This document shows, piece by piece, positions 31,583-40,000 of a stretch of DNA of 40,000 nt. Both the position numbers and the translations under genes were made by a program. The stretch is taken from positions 16,003-56,002 of the forward strand of contig NZ_JADPRT010000006.1 of NCBI RefSeq assembly GCF_015690355.1, written 5' to 3'. Under the pieces are notes generated by a model. The model did not search any database. It was not told the DNA's origin and worked only from the letters and a program-made list of their open reading frames with translations. The first letter of the stretch is position 1, and every line of letters begins with the position of its first letter. Origin of the DNA: Streptacidiphilus fuscans (GTDB lineage: Bacteria; Actinomycetota; Actinomycetes; Streptomycetales; Streptomycetaceae).

Positions 31583-33991
31583 CTACTCGGTCCGCAGCGC
31601 GACCGCGGTCCGGGTCCTGGCCGCCCACCCGGCGGGGAGGAGCGAGCCGAGGACGGCGATCACCAGGCCGCCCAGCCCCAGCAGGGTCAGCGGCAGCACC
31701 TGGTAGACGTCGAGCATCTCGCCCGGCAGCCGCAGGCCCGCGCTCTGGCCCATGGCCGGGACCACGATCCGCTGCAGCAGCACCCCGATCGGCACCCCGA
31801 CCACGCCGCCGACGACGCCCACGACCGACACCGAGGCGATCACCATCGCCAGGGTCTGGCGCGGGGTCATGCCCAGCGCCTTGGCGACGCCGAGGTCCCG
31901 GACGCGCTCACGGGTGTCCAGCACCACGGAGTTGAGCACGCCCAGCCCCGCGACGACCACCAGCATCAGGGTCAGCAGCCCGGTCAGCGCGTCCAGCAGG
32001 ATCACCATCTGGCTCGCCCCGCCGCTGTCGCCCACCTGGGCTATGGCCCCGGTGGGGCCGAGCACGGTGTTCAGCGCGTCGGTGTAACGGTTCGCATCGG
32101 TGCCGGACTTGAGCGCGATCGAGAAGATCTGCGGGCGCAGGCCCGGCTCCGCCGCCGCCAGGGTGCGGGCGTCGGTGAAGACGCTCATCGCCGCGCCGCT
32201 GCTGGCGACGAAGACCTCGCCGCTGATCCGCACCGGAACCGCCTTGCCGTGGTCGGTCAGCACCACGGTGTCGCCGACCTTGGTGCCGGTGGCGGTCAGG
32301 AACGGGGTCGACACGACCGCCTCACCGGGGCGGGTGAACCAGCTGCCCGAGACGAGTTGGTGGCCTGCCCAGGAGGCGTCCCCGAAGTACGCGGTGAGGT
32401 CGACGGCGTCGGTGGTCCCGGCCGCGGTGACCTGGGAGTCCGCGGCGCCGAACCAGAGCCGGGTGCCGGGCTGCGCCGCGATCGCCGCGCTCATGGCCGC
32501 GGTGTCGACCGACCCCGGTCGCGCCGCAGGTATGCCGGAGCTGCCAGGGCCGCCGGAGCCCCCGGGGTGCGGCGGGGCGACGCTGAGGACGGTCACGTCG
32601 GCGTTGGACTTCTTGCTGTCCTGGATCCGCTGGAGCGAACTGCCCATCCCGTACGCGAAGGTGACGGCCACGGCCCCGAAGAGGATCGCGGTGACCATCG
32701 CCATGCTGCGCGCCGGGCGGGAGAACGGCTGGGCCAGGCCCATGGTCACCGGCCGGGGCAGCGGCAGCGCCCGGACGATCCGTGCGGCACGCCGCCCCCG
32801 ACCGGGCCGCGGGGTCCGGCCCACGGCCAGGGCGTCCACGGTCCGCAGACGTCCGGCGCGCAGCGCGGTGAGACAGGCGGTGACGGAGACCATCAGCAGG
32901 GTGCCCGCGATCACCGCCACGTCGACGGAGGGCGCGACGGTCAGCGAGGTGGTGCCGTAGACCTGCTCCGTGGCGGCCAGCACCTGACCGGCCGCCAGGT
33001 TGCCCAGCACCGCGCCGAGCAGGGTGCCGACGACGGCCGGGATCAGCGCCTGTCCCACGTAGGCGCGGACCACCTGGCCGGGGGTGAAGCCGAGCGCCTT
33101 GAGGATGCCGATCCGCCGGGTGCCCGCACCGACCGCGCCCGCCACCACGTTCCCCACGATCAGCACGGACATCAGCACGCCGAGCAGCCCGAAGGCGGTG
33201 AGGAAGGGGATGAAGAGCCCGGTGGAGCTGGTGTTGCTGTTCTTGACGTCGAGCCAGCTGTGGCTGCCGCTGATCGCACCGGACGGCACCTCGCCCGCGA
33301 CGGCGGCCCGGTCGGCGGCGAGCTGCGCCGCCGAGGACGCGGCGGTGAAGCGGTAGAGCATCTGGAACCCGGTGCTCCCGCGTCCACGGCTCGCCGCGGC
33401 CGCCAGCGCCTGGATCTCTGCCGGCGCGACCCAACCGTCGCCGGTCGCGCTGACGGATCTGGCGATGCCGACCACGTCGAGCTCGGCGCTGCCGCCGGAG
33501 GCGGTGGGGACCTCCACCTTCTGTCCGACGGAGAGCTCCGGGCCGGACCAGTCGGCCGACACGACCAACTGCCCCGGACCGGTGGCCCAGTGCCCGGTGG
33601 TCAGGCTGACGTCGTCGACCGGACCGCCCGCGTCGGCGCGGCCGACCAGCTGCATCGGCGGCACGCTCAGCCCGGCGGGCAGTTGCAGGCCGGAGACACC
33701 GCTGGGGTCGACCGAGGTGGTCGGGAACGGGCCCGCGGTCGCGGTCACCCCGGCCACGTGCGCGGTCGCGCCGACCTGGCCGGCGCTCGCCTTGGCGGAG
33801 TCGAACTGGACCACCAGCTGCGCCCCGTTCTGCTGGGCGAACGCGTGGTCGAAGGGCGCGTTCGACGCGACCAGCAGCGATCCGCCCAGCACGGACGCGG
33901 TCACCGCCATCATCGCGGCCAGCCCGGTGACGACGGTCTGCACCCGGCGCCGCCGCACCCCGGCGCGCATCACGGTCCCGAGGGCGCTCAT
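31583..33991 (-). CDS. ABC transporter permease with two FtsX domains (MacB/Bce-type)
   Basis: 802 aa. Large extracytoplasmic segments separate two FtsX-like 4-TM bundles (e.g. RRIGILKALGFTPGQV and RDLGVAKALGMTPRQT). Confidence 0.9.
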   Translation of the reverse strand: MSALGTVMRAGVRRRRVQTVVTGLAAMMAVTASVLGGSLLVASNAPFDHAFAQQNGAQLVVQFDSAKASAGQVGATAHVAGVTATAGPFPTTSVDPSGVSGLQLPAGLSVPPMQLVGRADAGGPVDDVSLTTGHWATGPGQLVVSADWSGPELSVGQKVEVPTASGGSAELDVVGIARSVSATGDGWVAPAEIQALAAAASRGRGSTGFQMLYRFTAASSAAQLAADRAAVAGEVPSGAISGSHSWLDVKNSNTSSTGLFIPFLTAFGLLGVLMSVLIVGNVVAGAVGAGTRRIGILKALGFTPGQVVRAYVGQALIPAVVGTLLGAVLGNLAAGQVLAATEQVYGTTSLTVAPSVDVAVIAGTLLMVSVTACLTALRAGRLRTVDALAVGRTPRPGRGRRAARIVRALPLPRPVTMGLAQPFSRPARSMAMVTAILFGAVAVTFAYGMGSSLQRIQDSKKSNADVTVLSVAPPHPGGSGGPGSSGIPAARPGSVDTAAMSAAIAAQPGTRLWFGAADSQVTAAGTTDAVDLTAYFGDASWAGHQLVSGSWFTRPGEAVVSTPFLTATGTKVGDTVVLTDHGKAVPVRISGEVFVASSGAAMSVFTDARTLAAAEPGLRPQIFSIALKSGTDANRYTDALNTVLGPTGAIAQVGDSGGASQMVILLDALTGLLTLMLVVVAGLGVLNSVVLDTRERVRDLGVAKALGMTPRQTLAMVIASVSVVGVVGGVVGVPIGVLLQRIVVPAMGQSAGLRLPGEMLDVYQVLPLTLLGLGGLVIAVLGSLLPAGWAARTRTAVALRTE

Positions 33992-34722
33992 CGGGCCACC
34001 TCCGCACCGGTGTCGGACAGGTTGCCGTGGCGGACGTCGTGGCGGACGTCGGACGCGATCCGACCGTCGACGATCCGGACGGTGCGGGTGGCACAGCTCT
34101 CGGCGAGACTCTCGTCGTGGGTGACCACGACGATGGTCTGGCCGTCGGCGTGCAGCTCGCGCAGCAGCGCCCTGACCTCCTCGCCCGAGGCGGAGTCCAG
34201 CGCCCCGGTCGGCTCGTCGGCGAGCAGCAGCGGCGGACGGTTCATCAACGCCCGTGCCACCGCGACCCGCTGGCGCTCGCCGCCGGACAGTCGTCCGGGG
34301 TAGGCGCGGGCGTGCTTGGCTATGCCGAGGGTCTCCAGCAGGCCGTTGGCCCGGCGCCGCGCCTCGCCGCGCGCCACGCCGGTCATCTCGGCGGGCAGCA
34401 CCACGTTGTCCAGCACGTTCAGGTCGTCGAGCAGGTTGAAGAACTGGAAGACCATGCCGATCCTGGTCCGGCGGTAGCGCGCCGCGCCGGTCTCGTCGAG
34501 CCGGTCGACGCGGACGCCCGCCACCGTGACGGTTCCCGAGTCGGGGCGGTCCAGACCGGCGACCATGTTGAGCAGGGTCGACTTGCCGCTGCCGGACGGA
34601 CCGAGAATCGCCACGGCCTCACCGGCCTGCACGGTCAGCGAGACGTCCCGCAGCGCGGCGGGTCCGTCCACGAAGTGGCGGTTCACTCCGTCCATTTCGA
34701 TCACAGGCCCGGTGCCGGTCAT
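33988..34722 (-). CDS. ABC transporter ATP-binding protein (MacB/LolD-like)
   Basis: ATG 34722 behind GGAGAGGAAA. Walker A GPSGSGKST, Q-loop, LSGGERQR and Walker B LLLADEPT. ATGA overlap with the permease. The track ORF to 34833 is over-extended. Confidence 0.95.
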   Translation of the reverse strand: MTGTGPVIEMDGVNRHFVDGPAALRDVSLTVQAGEAVAILGPSGSGKSTLLNMVAGLDRPDSGTVTVAGVRVDRLDETGAARYRRTRIGMVFQFFNLLDDLNVLDNVVLPAEMTGVARGEARRRANGLLETLGIAKHARAYPGRLSGGERQRVAVARALMNRPPLLLADEPTGALDSASGEEVRALLRELHADGQTIVVVTHDESLAESCATRTVRIVDGRIASDVRHDVRHGNLSDTGAEVAR

Positions 34723-34836
34723 CGTGGTTTCCTCTCCCCAGTTCCGATGTGTACGTGCTCGTCGCGACACCGGTAACGCTAGGGTTCGGTGATCGTCGGC
34801 CTCGTCGGTCGGCAGAGGCATTTCCGCTACCACTCG

Positions 34837-34861
34837 AGGATGACGTCCGCGCCGTCATCCT
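34837..34861. promoter_or_regulatory. Perfect inverted repeat AGGATGACG-n7-CGTCATCCT between the ABC operon and the kinase gene
   Basis: Seen directly, 31 bp upstream of GTG 34893. The geometry fits a dimeric NarL/LuxR-type regulator site or a 5'-UTR hairpin. Confidence 0.45.
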
Positions 34862-34892
34862 TTCGATGTAGTCCCTCAGGAGGCAGAAGAGC

Positions 34893-36215
34893 GTGAGGAG
34901 CAGTCTCAGCCGCTTCGTCCCGACCGGCACTCTTCCCGCGCCGACCCTGCGTCAGTGGATCGCGGACGGCGTGCTCGCCACCGTGCTCGCCCTGGGCGGC
35001 GTCCGCCACGCGCTCGACGCGCCGAACTCGCCGTCCGCGCCGCTCTACCTGACCCTGCTGGCCGCTGCCGCCGCGCTGCCACTGGCCTGGCAGCACCGGG
35101 CGCCGCTCGGCGCACTCTGCGTGCAGCTGGCGGTCTGCGTGGCGCTCCTGGTCTGCCACGCCTACCCGGACGTGCTGTTCACCGCCGGTCTCGCCACCCT
35201 GGTCGCCCTCTACGGCGCCCTCGCTCGCAGTCCCTTCCGGCAGCTCACCTTCGCCTGTCTGCCGCTGGCGGCGACGGTGCTGCTGCTCATCTCCGCCCGC
35301 GTCAAAATGCCCGACCTTCCCAACGAGGTGGTGGGCGTGCTGCTCCTCTTCCCCGTCGTCGTGGCCGCGTCGGGTCACCGGCTGTGGGCCGGACGGGTCG
35401 AGGAGAACCAGCAGCGGCTGCGCGCCATGGAGCTGGAGCGGATCGAGGCGCTCCGCCGCGCCGTCGAGCACGAACGCGCCCGCATCGCCCGCGAGTTGCA
35501 CGACGTGGTCACCCACAACGTCAGCGTCATGGTGATCCAGGCTGGTGCCGCCCGGATGGTCGTCGAGAACGATCCGGCGCTCGCCAAGGAGGCGCTGCTG
35601 TCGATCGAGAGCGGCGGCCGGGCCGCGATGACCGATCTGCGCCAGGTCATGGGCCTGTTGACGATGGAGAGCCCGGACGGCGAGCACGGCGAGTCCACCG
35701 CCGGACTCGCCGGGGCGGCCGACCTCGCGCCCCAGCCCGGCCTCGACGGCCTGGACGCGCTCGCCCAACGGATCCGCCTGACCGGCATCGACGTCGACCT
35801 CGCCGTCACCGGCCAGCGACGACCGCTCTCGCCGGGCCTGGAACTGACCGCCTACCGCGTGGTCCAGGAGGCGCTGACCAACATGGTCAAGCACGCCGTC
35901 GGGGCCAGCGCGGACATCCACGTCAACTACGGGCCGCAGGAGTTGACCGTCGAGGTCGCCAACACCGAAGGCCGTCCCGGCGCGGCGGCGGCGACCGGCA
36001 GCGGCAAGGGCCTGGTCGGACTGCGCGAACGCGTCGCCGTCCACGGCGGTACCCTGCACAACGGCCCACGCCTGACCGGCGGTTACCGCGTCACGGCGAC
36101 CATCCCGATGGACGCCCTCGCATCCCTGGAACCCGTGACCGCCCTGGTCGCCCCGGCCGCCCCGGCCGACGTGGCTGCCGCCTCGGACATCCCCGACCTG
36201 CTGGAGGAAGAGTGA
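34893..36215 (+). CDS. Sensor histidine kinase (HisKA_3 / NarL-partner class)
   Basis: 440 aa. N-terminal TM helices, H-box ARIARELHDVVTHNVSVMVIQ, N-box EALTNMVKHA and G-box GKGLVGLRERV. Confidence 0.93.
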   Translation: MRSSLSRFVPTGTLPAPTLRQWIADGVLATVLALGGVRHALDAPNSPSAPLYLTLLAAAAALPLAWQHRAPLGALCVQLAVCVALLVCHAYPDVLFTAGLATLVALYGALARSPFRQLTFACLPLAATVLLLISARVKMPDLPNEVVGVLLLFPVVVAASGHRLWAGRVEENQQRLRAMELERIEALRRAVEHERARIARELHDVVTHNVSVMVIQAGAARMVVENDPALAKEALLSIESGGRAAMTDLRQVMGLLTMESPDGEHGESTAGLAGAADLAPQPGLDGLDALAQRIRLTGIDVDLAVTGQRRPLSPGLELTAYRVVQEALTNMVKHAVGASADIHVNYGPQELTVEVANTEGRPGAAAATGSGKGLVGLRERVAVHGGTLHNGPRLTGGYRVTATIPMDALASLEPVTALVAPAAPADVAAASDIPDLLEEE

Positions 36216-36946
36216 GTGACGCCCTGCGCGTCGTCATCGCGGACGACCAGGCGCTGGTGCGCACCGGATTCCGGATGATCCTGGCCTCCCAGGGCATCGA
36301 GGTCGCCGCCGAGGCCGAGACCGGGACGGACGCGATCGCCGCGGTGCGGCGGACCCTGCCGGACGTCGTCCTGATGGACATCCGCATGCCCGGCATGGAC
36401 GGCCTGGAGGCGACCCGCCAGATCGTGTCGGGCGGCGTGGGGTCAAGCAGCGTCGGGTCGGGCGGCACCGCGCATCCGCCCCGGGTGATCATCCTGACCA
36501 CCTTCGACCTGGACCAGTACGTCTACGCCGCCCTCGGCGCGGGTGCGAGCGGGTTCCTGCTCAAGGACGTCAGCCCCGAGCACCTGGTCTCGGCCGTCCG
36601 CATGGTCCGCTCCGGCGACGCGCTGCTCGCGCCCGCGATCACCCGCCGCCTGGTCGCCCGGTTCGCCCGCCGCGACGACGTGCCGGTCCCGGCCGGGGGC
36701 CAGGACGCGGACACCCGCCACCGCAACCTCGCTACGCTGACTGCCCGCGAGTCCGAGGTGCTGCGCCTGATCGCCCGCGGCCTCAGCAACGCCGAGCTGG
36801 CCGCGCACCTCCACCTCTCCGAGGCCACGGTCAAGACGCACGTGGCCCGGATCCTCGCCAAGCTCGGCCTCCGCGACCGCGTCCAGGCCGTCGTCCTCGC
36901 CTACGAGACCGGTCTGATCACTCCCGGAGCCGCCGAAAGCGCGTGA
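36212..36946 (+). CDS. NarL/LuxR-family response regulator
   Basis: GTGA overlap with the kinase. Receiver residues VIADDQ, MDIRMPGMDG and LLKD. C-terminal LuxR HTH LTARESEVLRLIARGLSNAELAAHLHLSEATVKTHVARIL. Confidence 0.93.
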   Translation: MSDALRVVIADDQALVRTGFRMILASQGIEVAAEAETGTDAIAAVRRTLPDVVLMDIRMPGMDGLEATRQIVSGGVGSSSVGSGGTAHPPRVIILTTFDLDQYVYAALGAGASGFLLKDVSPEHLVSAVRMVRSGDALLAPAITRRLVARFARRDDVPVPAGGQDADTRHRNLATLTARESEVLRLIARGLSNAELAAHLHLSEATVKTHVARILAKLGLRDRVQAVVLAYETGLITPGAAESA

Positions 36947-37006
36947 CCGCATCGAGCAGGATTCAAGAAGCCGGGTGTTCCGCGTCGTCGTTAGAGTGAC
37001 AGCGAT

Positions 37007-37051
37007 GGACAGGTCGTCGCAGGACAGATCGTCGACGGACAGATCGTCGCA
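37007..37051 (+). repeat. 3 x 15-bp direct repeat GGACAG(G/A)TCGTCG(C/A)(A/C) upstream of the UvrA-like gene
   Basis: ggacaggtcgtcgca / ggacagatcgtcgac / ggacagatcgtcgca, ending 27 bp before ATG 37079. Confidence 0.85.
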
Positions 37052-37078
37052 GGTCGAAGAGACGGAGACACGACAAGC

Positions 37079-39481
<2,403 letters not shown>

Positions 39482-39491
39482 TCCTCCTGGC

Positions 39492-39535
39492 GGTCCCGTC
39501 CGCGCCGTCGTCGTAGCGACGGCACGGACGGGACC
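39492..39535. terminator. Interrupted GC-rich hairpin after the UvrA-like gene
   Basis: GGTCCCGTCCG cg CCGTCG tcgtag CGACGG ca CGGACGGGACC. Confidence 0.6.
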
Positions 39536-39540
39536 CGCTG

Positions 39541-39600
39541 CTGTTCAGCCCTCTGTTCAGCGCTCTCTTCAGCGCTCCGTTCGGCGCTCTGTTCAGCTCT
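39541..39600. repeat. 5 x 12-bp tandem repeat (CTGTTCAGCGCT consensus)
   Basis: ctgttcagccct / ctgttcagcgct / ctcttcagcgct / ccgttcggcgct / ctgttcagctct. The last unit contains the stop codon (39593-39595) of the minus-strand AKR gene. Confidence 0.85.
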
Positions 39601-40000
39601 CGCGTGCGGCGGAGGTCAGCGACATGTCCGCGTAGCGCTCGCCCGCCACCTGCCCGGCGATGGGCTCCAGCACCGCCAACTCCGCGTCCGTCAACCGGAT
39701 CCGGGTGGCCCCGGCGTTCTCCAGCAGGCGGCCGCGCTTGCGGGTGCCCGGGATCGGAACCACCGTCAGACCGTGGACCTCGGACCGCTGGTGGAGCCAG
39801 GCCAGGGCGATCTGCGCCGTGGTCGCGCCGCGTTCGGCGGCCATCGCGTGCAGCGGGGCGAGCAGCGCGGCGTTCGCCCTGGCGTTGTCCCCGCTGAAGC
39901 GCGGCATCGACTGGCGGAAGTCCCCGCCGGAGAGGTCTGTGGCGGCGTCGCTGAACGCCCCGGTCAGAAAGCCGCGCCCGAGCGGCGAGTACGGCACGAA
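39593..40000 (-). CDS. Aldo/keto reductase, C-terminal part (gene continues beyond the right edge)
   Basis: YSPLGRGFLTG..., AQIALAWL..., VVPIPGTRKRGRLLEN is the typical AKR C-terminal half. Open to the window end. Confidence 0.88.
   Translation of the reverse strand, partial: FVPYSPLGRGFLTGAFSDAATDLSGGDFRQSMPRFSGDNARANAALLAPLHAMAAERGATTAQIALAWLHQRSEVHGLTVVPIPGTRKRGRLLENAGATRIRLTDAELAVLEPIAGQVAGERYADMSLTSAARES

Noticed and set aside
31442-34303. 953-aa plus-strand ORF across the ABC permease/ATPase genes
   Set aside because: Arg/Gly/Pro/His-rich nonsense translation. The minus-strand FtsX permease and ATPase carry clear motifs.

Overview
High-GC (roughly 72-74%) actinomycete chromosomal segment with Streptomycetaceae-like codon usage. 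Real genes were picked by third-position GC bias, family motifs and RBS or stop/start coupling. Most of the long overlapping ORFs in the track are antisense or out-of-frame shadows. I support about 40 protein-coding genes and see no rRNA, tRNA, CRISPR array, transposase or integrase.

Left to right:
- the 5' end of a DUF4157-like gene running off the left edge;
- a divergent MFS/AraC pair, a xylose-isomerase-fold protein, a CBS-pair protein and a small hypothetical;
- an MFS importer divergent from an 11-gene, tightly coupled oxidative operon: ALDH, extradiol dioxygenase, NadX-like dehydrogenase, alpha/beta hydrolase, cupin, two SDRs (the second has lost the whole Ser-Tyr-Lys triad), a ThDP enzyme, a PDR-type reductase, a 71-aa recombinase-HTH-like mini-protein and a Rieske oxygenase. 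I cannot map it onto a textbook pathway;
- a MarR regulator;
- ureABCFGD (no ureE), followed 64 bp later by two tandem, translationally coupled Amt paralogues. Both carry Glu at the first twin-His position, and no glnK follows;
- an extraordinary homopolymer block (G13 ... C8 G12 C G14 C5 GG C6);
- a SixA-like phosphatase, a PAS-PP2C phosphatase, TetR-SDR divergent from an orphan DUF35 protein, a PIG-L deacetylase, a small possible gene remnant and a DUF574 methyltransferase;
- a MacB/FtsX-type ABC exporter divergent from a HisKA_3 kinase and NarL-type regulator;
- an 800-aa UvrA paralogue lacking the UvrB-binding domain (DrrC/UvrA2 class), preceded by 3 x 15-bp direct repeats;
- a 5 x 12-bp tandem repeat and the 3' part of an aldo-keto reductase.

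Best candidates for something undescribed: the orphan oxygenase operon with its odd members, the urease-Amt(E/H)-Amt(E/H) module, the poly-G/C block, and the repeat-fronted UvrA paralogue. All functional calls rest on motif recognition by eye; no database search was possible.
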